Shown in pieces: positions 25,402-37,612 of a stretch of 64,000 nucleotides of DNA. The notes beneath the pieces were generated by a model, which did not search any database, was not told the DNA's origin, and saw only the letters and a list, made by a program, of their open reading frames with translations. The position numbers and the translations under genes are program-made. Origin of the DNA: Octopus vulgaris (Eukaryota); the NCBI GenBank assembly GCA_951406725.2, contig OX597819.1, positions 7,440,001-7,504,000 on the forward strand. The letters run 5' to 3'. Position 1 is the stretch's first letter. Each line of letters begins with the position of its first letter.

Positions 25402-25972
25402 TATCTATACAATATGTTACATTACTCGGTAGTCAAGATAAAACTCTGAGTTTCAGATGCCGAAGTGGAAATCCACAACACCATCTCTTCGGAGCAGGTC
25501 CGCTTCGAAATCTTCCAAGCCTTTAATCCTAGGAGGGAATTTTTTGGATTTTATCCGATAGCAAATGTTTTCCTTGGTGTTCGCTTGTTTTTGGTCCCCT
25601 AAAGAAAACGGATAGAACATGCTTTCTGTGTTATGTCCCAAGAAGATTTTATATATTTTTATATATTTTTATATATTTTTTTATGTATTTTTATATAATT
25701 TTTATGACGAAAAATGCGAGCGATGTATAAGTACGCAGGCAAAGCAGAGTTATAACAGAGTAATTTCCCTTCATTTTTAACGGTATTTTTTCATAACGTT
25801 TTCAAATAGCCAGATAACCGAAGAGATGGTGTTGTGGATTTCCACTTCGGCATCTGAAACTCAGAGTTTTATCTTGACTACCGAGTAATGTAACATATTG
25901 TATAGATAAATTTCCTCTATTTACATAATATTGAGGTCTCTTTCTTTCTTTTGTTATCTTACCGTTTTATCA
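25402..25972. mobile_element. Penelope-like element remnant with inverted pLTR
   Basis: Perfect 91-bp inverted arms 25402-25492 / 25818-25908; minus-strand IKSKKFPPRIKGLEDFEADLL resembles the Penelope ORF N-terminal region; (TA)n flanks. Confidence 0.8.
25812..25874 (+). ncRNA. type I hammerhead-like motif (CCGA core variant)
   Basis: agataa-CCGAAGA-gatg..catct-GAAA-ctcagag-TT-ttatct. Confidence 0.55.
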
Positions 25973-26079
25973 ATATATATATATATATATATATATTTCT
26001 CCTACAAAAATTTTACTTCGTCATTAGTAAAAAGAGACAAGTATTGATTGATTCTCTTGTCTCTCGTTGTGTGTTTATA

Positions 26080-26112
<33 letters not shown>

Positions 26113-26514
26113 TAATGAGACATACGCACGCACGCAGCATAATACTGGTGCTGTAAGAAGGCTAATTAAGAATTCATTGTGAAAACAAGACTATCTTAGG
26201 GTTAAAAGAGAGTTGAGAGAATTTCAAAAGAGGCCATAGGATTGGTTAAAATTCGAAAAATTAAACTACGTTAAACTTACAAATTACAATTTTCTCAAGA
26301 AAGCCAAGAGAAAAAAATGTTTTAATTTGACACAGTCTACCACTATACGAAGTTTAAAAGTGTTTAGTTAACTAGAAATTGTGTTGAAAACTGCCGTTCA
26401 AAAGGAAAAGATCCCAAAGAAGTTACAAGCATTTTCGTCATCAGAAAGTTTGAGAAAAATGAAATTTTTTTGAAATTCAAGTGGCTAGAAGAAATTTGAC
26501 TACATAAGTTACAG

Positions 26515-26870
26515 GTGCTGGCATGACTATGTGGTTAGAAGCTTGCTTTCCAACTACATGGTTCCGGGTTCAGTCCCACTACGTGGCACCTTTGGCAAGT
26601 GATTTTTACTAAACAGCCTCGAGCCGACCAAAGCCTTGTGAGTGGATTTGGTAGTGAGAAAGTGTAAGAAGCCCGTCGTATATGTGTGTGTGTGTGTGTT
26701 TGAGGAAGTCCCCCACAACGTGTTGCTATGTTTACGTTCCTCGACAAAAGAAACCGATATAAGTACCTTTAAAAGAAAAGTACTGGGATCGATTCTTTCG
26801 ACTAAAAATTCAAGGCGGTACTCTAGTATGGCTACAGTCTAATGACTGAAACAAGTAAAAAATAAAAGAA
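26515..26870 (+). mobile_element. SINE family A, diverged
   Basis: Recognisable head, core and tail. Confidence 0.88.
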
Positions 26871-26965
26871 AAATTTTTTATCTTAAAGTCAAACTATTAA
26901 TTTGTAAAGAGTTCAAATAGTTCAATAAATCTTATGCCGCGAGAAAGAAAAAAAGTTCAACGTCT

Positions 26966-27364
26966 CTCTCTTTACTCTTTTACTTGTTTCAGTCATTTGA
27001 CTGCGGCCATGCTGGAGCACCGCCTTTAGTCGAGCAACTCAACCCCGGGACTTATTCTTTTTGTAAGCCCAGTACTTATTCTATCGGTCTCTTTTTGCCA
27101 AACCGCTAAGTGACGGGGACGTAAACACACCAGCATCGGTTGTCAAGCAATGCTAAGGGGACAAACACACACACACATACATATATATACATATACATAT
27201 ATACGATAGGCTTCTTTCAGTTTCCGTCTACCAAATCCACTCACAAGGCTTTGGTCGGCCCGAGGCGATAGCAGAAGACACTTGCCCAAAATGCCACGCA
27301 GTGGGACTGAACCCGGAACCATGTGGTTGGTTAGCAAACTACTTACCACACAGCCACTCCTGCG
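26966..27364 (-). mobile_element. SINE family A
   Basis: Full length. Confidence 0.95.
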
Positions 27365-27579
27365 TCTCGAGCTGAATACTTTGGTTTGGAGCTGTTCCAG
27401 TCTGAATCATTTCGTTTCTCTTTGACGAAAGATCCTGTCTGAAACAATAGATTTTTCTTCTTCTCCTCCAGGGCCTAAGATATATTCCACCGCTTGAATT
27501 ATTTACATCACTATACTTATAAGGCAGAATGTCACTAGTCTCCTCAGATTCTACTGTTTCACTGTCACAATTGTTTTCA

Positions 27580-27790
27580 GTCGTGGTCTGTGGACAAGAT
27601 ATCTCAAGAACCGCCGGAGGGATTCGGATGAAACTTTCAGAGATGTTTGGCCCCCCTGACTGGCTCGAACTGATTAGATTTTGGGATCGATCTGGTACCG
27701 GACAAGGATCCTGGTTATTATTTGGAAGATTTCTTGGCATAACTCCAAATGTATGCCCAGCTCCAATTTTGCTTCCTCATAACTTTGTGA
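27580..27790 (+). mobile_element. DINE-1/Helentron-like non-autonomous fragment
   Basis: ggacaagatatctcaagaacc..ggattcggatgaaactt..tgattagattttgg core typical of such elements, from memory. Confidence 0.45.
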
Positions 27791-28023
27791 AAAAGCGATA
27801 TTTTAAAGTAAAATTTTCAACAGATTCTCTTCAGGTGGTGTAAGTTACGATCATATCAGAATTTGATGTGGAAGAGAAAAATAGTATAGGAACGGGAGCG
27901 GATAATTCACACCCCTCATCAAAGCGTGTGTGGGAACAAAGTCGAGGTTTGTGAACTATCCGAACCGCAACCCTTTTTTTCTTTCACATCAAATTCCAAG
28001 ACAGTCATAACCTAAAATATATA

Positions 28024-28419
28024 CTCTCTTTACTCTTTTATTTGTGTCAGTCATTTGACTGTGGCCATGCTGGAGCACCGCCTTTAGTCGAGCAAATCGA
28101 CCCCGGGACTTATTGTTTGTAAGCCTAGTACTTATTCTATCGGTCTCTTTTGCCGAACCGCTAAGTGACGGGGACGTAAACACACCAGCATCGGTTGTCA
28201 AACAATGCTAGGAGGACAAACACAGACACACACGCATATATATATACACATATATACGACGGGCTTCTTTGAGTTTCCGTCTACCAAATCCACTCACAAG
28301 GCATTGGTCGGCCCGGGGCTATAGCAGAAGACACTTGCCCAAGATGCCACGCAGTGGGACTGAACCCAGAACCATGTGGTTGGTAGGCAAGCTACTTACC
28401 AGACAGCCACTCCTGCGCC
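28024..28419 (-). mobile_element. SINE family A, followed by two older tail fragments to ~28740
   Basis: Family match. Confidence 0.93.
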
Positions 28420-29710
28420 TCTTTATTTATTTATTTATTTATTTTACTTGTTTCAGTCATTAGAATGCAGCCATACTGGTGCACCACCTTTAAGAAATTT
28501 AGTTGAACGAATCGACCCCTGTGCTTATTTTGTAAAGCCTGTTAATTAGTCTATCGGTCTGTTTTGTCTGCGGTGACGGACAAATTCACACACACACACA
28601 CCCATCTTTTACTTGTTTCAGTCATTAGACTGCAGCCTTGCTAGCGCACTGTCTTAAAGAGTTTTAGACGAACTAATCGATCTCAGGACTTAATTTTTTA
28701 AGCCTAGTACTTATTCTCGACCTCTTCTCAACCGCTAAAGAAATATGTATTTTTCAGAAAGTTATATAGAAATAAAATCGATGCGGGGCACATATCTGTA
28801 GTTATGTCTGTTAATTTTATAGTAAATTAAATTAAACCCTTGTTGTTGGTTCGCCCTAAGTTGTAAAAGTTAATTTTACAAACTAAGTGTATAAGATTCA
28901 ATGAGATAGCTTTTGAAATTTGAGAACACCGACAATAATTAATCGAATCGGACAACTATTATTGTACAGATACATGTAGACTAAATTGCTAAAAAGAATT
29001 GATACACCATAAAAACGAAATCATATCAGTTTATAATATGTAGTCCCGAGCAAACTGTGAATGAATGAAATTTCGATAAAAAGACATTCCTAACTTTGTA
29101 CCGAAAGTCTGCATTCTCCAGTCTATCCTTAAAACGGTAGGGTTGTGGCTTGGATGAAATTTGCCTGATCGTGGAGGATAAAAAAAATATAGGAGGGAAA
29201 AGGTCTGGGTTTTTCAGTTTAATGGTCTTCTTTTGAAGGCAAAAAGGATTTCGTCTTGAAAATAATAAAGTTATCAATCTGGTTCTTGTTTTGAATAACC
29301 TGTTAAATATATCCAACAACGATGGAAAGTGTTTAAATTTGGCGATTTAAACCATTTTTTCTGCTTCGTTCAAGTTTTTGACATGTAATGAAATATTTAT
29401 TTATAGATTTCTAGCTGTAAGTGGACCCTGGTCGAGAAGACTTATAAAGAAAACACATTTCAATCACAACTGTTTAAACCCTTTTTGTTTTTTTTAGGGT
29501 ACATCGAATTATTATCTAATGTAGATATTTTTTTAAAGATTGTAGTATGCTTTATTTTTAAGGAGATTTGATTAGTTTTTCTAGCAGTCGAGTGACGGGG
29601 CTTTCTCTTTAATATTAGTTTATTGCTAGGCAGAATATTTATGATGAATCGCTTAAAAAAGAAAGCCACAAGACTGCTACAAGTAAATTAGATTATTATT
29701 TTTTTTAAAG

Positions 29711-29795
29711 CCATCTTTGCTTTTAGTTCTTTGTCTCTGCTTCTGCTGATATTTATGTCAATCGATGTATGTTGTGAAGGCAGTCGTGCAGAATG
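29711..29795 (+). other. candidate exon or 3' part of a first exon
   Basis: ttttttaaag acceptor, open frame IFAFSSLSLLLLIFMSIDVCCEGSRAE, donor TG|GTAAGG at 29796, at the CpG-rich to CpG-poor boundary. Confidence 0.3.
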
Positions 29796-30214
29796 GTAAG
29801 GAATGGTTAGAAAGCCATTCATTCACTAAAAAGATTGTTTCTGACGCTATCTAGGAAACCAGATAGCGTGTGAAACATTTTTAACTGTCTGAACAACTTT
29901 CCCATGGCTTTGTTGAACCCCCCTCTCTCTCTCCTCATCGCGTCGATGCTTTAAGAAATATTCGGTTGACATTCTGTTACAAATATTCTGCAATTAAATA
30001 TTCTACAGCACTTGAATTATAAGGGATGTGCATGTACAGGTTTTATTTTTCCTTAGTTGATATAAACTATTATTTAGTGAAAATTTATGGGATATAAAAA
30101 CTTACACTGAGGTAAATTTATTTATGACAATAAATTAAATAATTCAACTGTATACATTTGTGTAAAAGAACTACCAGTATACACTGAACGTTCAGTATAA
30201 TACATATTAAAATG

Positions 30215-30431
30215 TATTTCTTCACTACCCACAAGGGGCTAAACACAGAGGGGACAAACAAGGACAGACACACGGATTAAGTCGATTACATCGATCTCCA
30301 GTGCGTAACTGGTACTTAATTTATCTACCCCGAAAGGATGAAAGGCGGAATGTGAACTCAGAACGTAACGGCAGACGAAATACGGCTACGCATTTCGCCC
30401 GGCCTGCTAACGTTTCTGCCAGCTCGCCGCC
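30215..30431 (-). mobile_element. SINE family C
   Basis: Family match; 17-bp TSD 30198-30214 / 30506-30522. Confidence 0.92.
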
Positions 30432-30565
30432 ACACAAAGATGATAAAGAGTAGATTATTCATGAGTCCCTTGTTTCTACAATAACACTATATAACATATT
30501 AATATTAATACATATTAAAATGGTCTCAACTGTTCATGCCTGCATGCATTCGCTCGAGCACACGC

Positions 30566-31592
30566 ACGCAATGTGCATTCCAGAAATTTTGAGACTTTTT
30601 CAGAGGAGACATTAATTTCAAAGCAGTACAAAGCTCTAATCTCCTAAGAAGGATCCTCTGACACTAGCATAGCTAGAAGTGTGTGGGGGGCTGTGTGGCT
30701 ACCCCAGGCAGCATTTTTATGGGGGTGGTACCACTTTTGGGGCTGCTGTAGGCAATATGTATTTTTTGTGGCAGCCTGTAGGCGGCAAACTCAAGGGTCG
30801 GTCTAGTCGGCACACACTCTGGTTGCGGTAGTGTCCTCTCACTTCAATGCTCTTGTAGTGCTCCAGCTATTTTGTGAAGGCTTCAAGGAAGTCTTCCATA
30901 TTGAAGGTGTCCAGGACCTTTGTCACAACCTCCTTCATCCTTCAGAAATCATGGGGCGCATGTCTGGACTGTAGGTTGGCTGAGGGACAATTTTGATGTC
31001 CATCTCAGTTAAGTAACTGGTTACCAGGCTGCTCTTCATTGAGCCCCCTTGAAACAAACTTTGCACATATTCAGATCTTCATGAATGATTCTGTGTACAG
31101 TTGCTATACCAGCTCCAAACTGCATGCTTATTGTCTTTATAGACATGCAACAATCTTCATCCAGCAAATTGCAAAATGCTCAACCAGCTCTGATGATCTG
31201 ATGTCCCTCTCCCTCCCACACTTCTCATTGTCTCTCACCTCCTCTCTACTGTCCTTGAACCTCTTGTAGTAGAGAAAACGTTGATCCATAAGCAATCTGG
31301 AACATCTCAAAAGTTTCTGTAGTGTTTTTGCTCAGTTGAACACAAAACTTTATTGCATAGTCAGTTTGTCAATGTCTTGACTGCATTCCTCTGACTAATC
31401 AGCTGTGACTAGCAGTGTTTAGTAGACTGTGTTTAAAGTGGTGTTACAACTGTCTCCTTCAATCTGGAATAACAGAAGTTGTCAGGCCAGCTTCTTAGAA
31501 GTATAATAATGACATACTAAAATTATAATAATCTAGACCAGTTATAACAGCTTCTACTAAAAAAGTCTTAAAACTTTTAGAACGCATGTGTA
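30566..31592 (-). mobile_element. degraded mariner element
   Basis: Imperfect TIRs; KNTTETFEMFQIAYG, TVHRIIHEDLNMCKV, MKEVVTKVLDTF..EVRG. Confidence 0.88.
30662..30833. mobile_element. hAT-like MITE nested in mariner
   Basis: Imperfect TIRs cactagcatagctaga / tctggttgcggtagtg; 8-bp TSD tcctctga / tcctctca. Confidence 0.7.
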
Positions 31593-32477
31593 TGTGCACA
31601 CGAGCACACACACACAAAGATAATAAGGAGTAGATTATTCATGAGTCCCTTGTTTCTACAATAACACTATATAACACAAGTATCTTTACCTCTTGAAACA
31701 CAAGAGCTTAAAACACTGGGTAGATTGAATACTTTTAATTTTCACATTAAGTGTAATCTTGTCCACATTATCAATACAAGTTTTTTCTCAAAATAAGAGA
31801 TGTACTACCTCACAATGTACACCATCACCGTCCTCCACATTTTTTTCAAGGTTCAAGTTTTATTCTGATTTCATCAGCATTATCCAGTCAATGTTCCAAT
31901 CCCATCATTTGCAAGCATAACATTGTTGTTTCCAGCTTGCATTACAAAGATAGTAATTTCTGCTGCTGAACCGTTATTTTTTATGTCTTTATAAACAGCA
32001 CATCTGCTCATCCATAGACCAAGCCATAAGCAAGATTCATGCCTTGGAATAGGACATGATCCTATTCTAAGCAGAATGACTTTTTAACCTGTCAACATGA
32101 GGACTATTTTTTATAATAACTAAACAGTAATTGATTGTTTGCCCTGAAGTGAAAACACCCTTAAACCCATTTTAAATGTTTGAACCATTCATTCTGCAGT
32201 CCCATTTGATTGCAGGTGATAAGGGGGCATTTTGTAAGGAAATGCAACATAGACTACTGTTATGAAAATGCATGGGTGTTGTTTAAAACCAAAACCTTTC
32301 TGAATGAAAATTTACTTTGTAACACCTGTTTTCAGTTGACTTCTTCCAATCAGGAACACAAATAATTTCTGACCACTCTGAAAATGAATCCAATGTGATA
32401 ACTGATACCATTAACATGGTCATGATCTATTATTGTTTAGGGGCTTAACTCTTGGGCTGTGAACGGAGCCTGTTTAT

Positions 32478-32706
32478 TTAACCCTTTAGTGATCGCATTA
32501 TTCTGCCAAAACTAATGCTTTTTTATCCAGATTGTTTTGAACTAATCATTCATTATCTTGTAGCTGTGAGATTTTGATGAGGTAGCTGTTAAATTTTAAA
32601 ACAATATTGTAGGGTTGGTGTGAGAGACCAGATCTGGCCAGTTTGAACATAAAACAAGCAGAATACTTTTGGCCGGATATGGCCGGTTTAAACGCTAAAG
32701 GGTTAA
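32478..32706. mobile_element. TTAA MITE family 2
   Basis: TTAA-CCCTTTAG...CTAAAGGG-TTAA. Confidence 0.88.
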
Positions 32707-33257
32707 ACATTTATTTCCACTCATTTAGGACATTTAAATATGTAGTCCTCGGTGCAGTGTGAATAGCTTGAACACCATGCTTCAATTTTTATGCAATTTC
32801 ATAGCAGTAATGCTATAATGAACATCATTATGAATACTTTTAATGATTTGCCTTTTAGATACTTCAGGTGAAACATTGAGATCACCATGGTAAAGAATAT
32901 CATTTTTTTTCTGTGTTAATTTATGTTTGACACACTTACAAAGTGTTTCAGTATCAGAGAAATTTCTACAGACATTCTTTTTCAGTCTGGAAATGATATT
33001 TATGTAATGCTGGATTATGCAGTGTTTTGAAACAAGGCTGCCTTGACATAACACATCCAGTTCCTATTCAGTGTATGAAATAATCATCAACCAGAACTTG
33101 TATTCTGCAGTTGCTGTCTAAAATTTAGTGAACAGTGTGTCAATGTAAGAAATGGAATTTTCCTTGAATTTTGGTATTAAAATTAAATACTGTCAAGTGT
33201 TTGGTTGGTCCACCTCAGTATTCTTGAAGAAATAACCTTTTGAAGTTCTTTGCTTAG

Positions 33258-33490
33258 ATCTGTGGACCCCTTTGATTCCTATTTTACTCAACTAATTAGT
33301 ATGGACCCCCATACTAATTTGATGTTTAAAAAAATCCCATTACATTTTATGATTAAATTTTATTAGGAATTGTATAAAAAAATATTTTGAGTATTATAGA
33401 AATATAATCAATTTATTGCAGATAAACTTTATCAACAAAACCTTATATGAACCCTCAAGGGTCATGAGAACCCCAGTTGAGAATCACTGA
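33258..33490. mobile_element. hAT-like MITE remnant
   Basis: Terminus gttgagaatcactg; related to the split copy at 34390-37690. Confidence 0.6.
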
Positions 33491-34428
33491 CTAGATGAAT
33501 TCAAGGTTTTTTTTTTACCTAATAAAAAAATTTGAATGTCAATGCTTGAATTAAGTCAACAGCATAAAATAGCATTGTGATAAAATCACTGATATAAATT
33601 TTTCACTAGCATCAGTTGTCAATAGGACAATTTTGTTGGCATCAAATACATTTGTAGCAGGTTTCTCAATAAGACTACTTACCAAATGCACTTAACTAAT
33701 TTATCAAATGCACTTTGCTGAATATCCCACCTTATTCAACATTTCTCTTGTGCAGTTTGCAAATTATTCCACCATTTCAGAATATTTTGGCAAACATTGA
33801 CCTAAAATATCACCAACTTTAAAAAGGTCTCCAGTTCTTTCTTATTAGAATAAACATCTATTACTTTTTGGATCAAATCTAGAGAAACAATTTCCTTTTA
33901 AATTGTGTATTCTCAAAACCTTGTAACTGTTAAATAAAAATTTATCTGAATTAATGATTGTCGTATTTAAATCACTCGCTTCATCCATTCCAAGTTTGGT
34001 CTTTTGGTTCAATTCCTCTTTAGGATAATCTGTCTTTCTGATATATTATTTTATTTTTTATATCATCTCTCATTCTTTTCTTTTTTATTTTACATGCTCA
34101 AAAATAACACTTCCCACCTACATGATTCTGGGTTCAGTCCCACTGCATGGTATCTTGTGCAAATGTCTTTTGCAATAGCCCTGGACCAAAGCTTTGTGAG
34201 TGGATTTGGTAGATGGACACTGAAAGAAGCTGTCAACAAATGTAGGTTTGTTTACCGCCCTGTAACTTACCAGTTTGACAAGAGATACTGACAGAAAAAT
34301 GTGCCAGGCATTAAAACATAAGTACTGGTGTCAGTTCTTTTGACTAAAACGTTTCAAGGCAGTGACCCAGCATGGCCTTTGTCAAATGGGTCTCAATCAG
34401 GGTCCATATGACCCTTGTGGGGCTCTAT

Positions 34429-34843
34429 ACTCTTACTCTCTTTGTACTCTTTTACTTGTTTCAGTCATTTGACTGCGGCCCTGCTGGAGCACCGCCTTTA
34501 GTCGAGCAAATCGACCCCAGGACTTATTCTATTGTACTTATTCTATTGGTTTCTTTTGCTGAACTGCTAAGTGACGGGGACGTAAACACACCAGCATCGG
34601 TTGTCAAGCAATGCTAGGGGGACAAACACAGACACACAAACATATACACACACATACATATATATATACACATATATACAACGGGCTTCTTTTCAGTTTC
34701 CATCTACCAAATCCACTCACAAGGCTTTGGTTGGCCCGAGGCTATAGCAGAAGACACTTGCCCAAGATGCCACGCATTGGGACTGAACCCGGAACCTTGT
34801 GGTTGGTTAGCAAGCTACTTACCACACAGCCACTCCTGCGCCT
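34429..34843 (-). mobile_element. SINE family A
   Basis: Family match; older + copy at ~34110-34390. Confidence 0.93.
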
Positions 34844-34956
34844 ATGAATTTTGTTGTTAAAATTTTGGTGCAATAAATTGTTTATACTTCTACAATGCAC
34901 AAAATATTTTAATGATTTTTTTTTTATTTATACAATTCTTAATATTTAATTATATA

Positions 34957-37612
34957 AGACAGTGTGTGAGAGAGAATCGTGATGTGGTAGGAGAGAAATG
35001 TGTTCGCATGGAGGATGGTTCACTTGCGCTAAATGAGGATGCAAAGAGAGAAGCTTGGAGACGCCACTATGAAAGGTTGCTGAATGAGGAAAATGAATGG
35101 GATAAAGAGAGTCTGCCGAATGTTGACCCTACAGAGGGACCAGCTATCCGAGTTGATAGTTCCGTGGTAGCTAAGGCAATTAGAAGCATGAAGACAGGGA
35201 AAGCCCCAGGCCCATCAGGAATTACTGCAGAGATGCTCAAAATATCTGGCAGTGTCGGCTATAACCTAGTCACCCGTATAGTCAACCAGGTGATACACGA
35301 AGGAGTCATACCCAATGACTGGTGCAGCAGCATACTAGTCAACTGCTACAAAGGTAAAGGTGATGCCCTAGATACAAATAATTACAGAGGTATCAAGCTG
35401 TTGGATCAAGTAATGAAGGTTACGGAGAGGGTCATAGCCCAACTAATTAGAGAGAGAGTTAGTTTAGATGAGATGCAGTTTGGGTTCGTGCCAGGGAAAA
35501 GTACCACTGATGCTATATTCCTGGTAAGGCAGCTGCAGGAGAAATACCTAGCCAAAGATAAGCCCCTGTACCTGGCTTTCGTTGACATGGAGAAAGCTTT
35601 TGATAGGGTCCCCCGATCCCTTATCTGGTGGTCAATGAGGAAACTAGGGATAGATGAATGGCTGGTGAGGACTGTGCAAGTCATGTACAGAGATGCCGTA
35701 AGTAAGGTTAGGGTTGGCAACATGTACACAGAAGAATTCAAAGTAGAGGTTGGGGTTCACCAGGGTTCAGTACTCAGCCCCCTCCTATTTATCATAGTAC
35801 TCCAGGCAATTACGGAGGAATTCAAGACAGGCTGTCCCTGGGAGCTCCTCTACGCTGACGACCTTGCTCTTATTGCTGAGTCACTATCAGAACTGGAGAA
35901 GTTCCAGGTGTGGAAGGAGGGTTTAGAATCAAGAGGCCTTAGAGTCAACCTAGCTAAAACCAAAGTACTAATAAGTAGGAAGGTAGACAATCCACAAATA
36001 TCTTCAGGAAGATGGCCCTGCTCGATCTGTAGAAAGGTGTAGGTAGAAACTCTATAAGATGTACCCAGTGTAAGCTATGGACACATAAGAGGTGCAGCAA
36101 TGTCAAAGGTAGGCTAACTGGGAAGATAGTTTTTGTATGTGGCAGATGCTTGGGAGCATTAACCTCCGAAAATCTGCAGAAAACAACTTCCGTCACTTTC
36201 CAGGGGGAAAAACTAGAAGTAGTTGATAGCTTCCGTTATCTAGGTGACCAAGTCAGTAGTGGGGGTGGGTGCGCTGAAAGTGTAACTGCTAGAATAAGAA
36301 TAGCCTGGGCAAAGTTTAGGGAGCTCTTACCTCTGCTGGTGACTAAAGGCCTCTCGCTCAGAGTAAAAGGCAGACTGTATGATGCGTGTGTACGAACAGC
36401 CATGCTACATGGCAGCGAAACATGGGCCGTGACTGCTGAGGACATGCGTAAGCTCGTGAGGAATGAAGCCAGTATGCTCCGATGGATGTGTAATGTCAGT
36501 GTACATACTCGACAGAGCGTTAGCACCTTGAGAGAAATGTTGTACCTAAGAAGCATCAGTTGTGGTGTGCAAGAGAGACGATTGCGCTGGTATGGTCATG
36601 TGGCGAGAATGGATGAAGATAGGTGTGTGAGAAAGTGCCAATCCCTAGCAGTTGAGGGAACCCGTGGAAGAGGTAGACCCAGGAAAACCTGGGACGAGGT
36701 GGTGAAGCACGACCTTCGAACTTTAGGCCTCACTGAGGAAATGACCAGCGACCGAGACCTTTGGAAATATTCTGTACGTGAGAAGACCAGGCAGGACAAG
36801 TGAGCCCAGCCCACTTATGAATGCCTTTCCTCCCTTGGACACAAAGACCTGTTGAGGCAAGCGAAGTCGATATAGAACCTCATCCGACGACAGACACCCA
36901 TGCCAACCCCCCATGCTTGCGAAGACATGTTGGGGCAAGCGAAACCGAATTGAACCAGCCAGGATCCCTGGCCTGGTGGTACGTAAAAAGCACTATCCGA
37001 CTCGTGGCCGTGGCACGTAAAATACTCCAATGCGACCGTACGACAGGCACCCATGCCAACCCCCTTTGCTTGTGAAGACATGTTGGGGCAAGCGAAATCG
37101 AAATCGAATTGAACCAGCCAGGATCCCTGGTCTGGTGGTACGTAAAAAGCACTATCCGACTCGTGGCCGTGGCACGTAAAATACTCCAATGCGACCGTAC
37201 GACAGGCACCCATACCAACCCCCTTTGCTTGTGAAGACATGTTGGGGCAAGCGAAATCGAAATCGAATTGAACCAGCCAGGATCCCTGGTCTGGTGGTAC
37301 GTAAAAAGCACTATCCGACTCGTGGCCGATGCCAGCACCGCCTCGACTGGCTTCCGTGCTGGTGGCACATAAAATACACCAATCTGACCGTGGCCGTTGC
37401 CAGCCTCGCCTGGCACCTGTGCAGGTGGCACGTAAAAAGCACCCACTACACTCACGGAGTGGTTGGCGTTAGGAAGGGCATCCAGCTGTAGAAACATTGC
37501 CAGATTAGACTGGAGCCTGGTGCAGCCTTCTGGCTTCCCAGAACCCCGGTCGAACCGTCCAACCCATGCTAGCATGGAGAACGGACGTTAAATGATGATG
37601 ATGATGATGATG
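34957..37612 (+). mobile_element. young 5'-truncated RTE LINE (RT, PHD-like finger, C-terminus, 3' UTR)
   Basis: Open over 34957-36803 except a 1-nt frameshift at ~36034; YADD at 35851; (GAT)n tail. Confidence 0.97.
36895..37329 (+). repeat. ~153-159-bp tandem repeat (about 2.8 units) in the RTE 3' UTR
   Basis: Units start at ~36895, 37048 and 37207. Confidence 0.9.
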
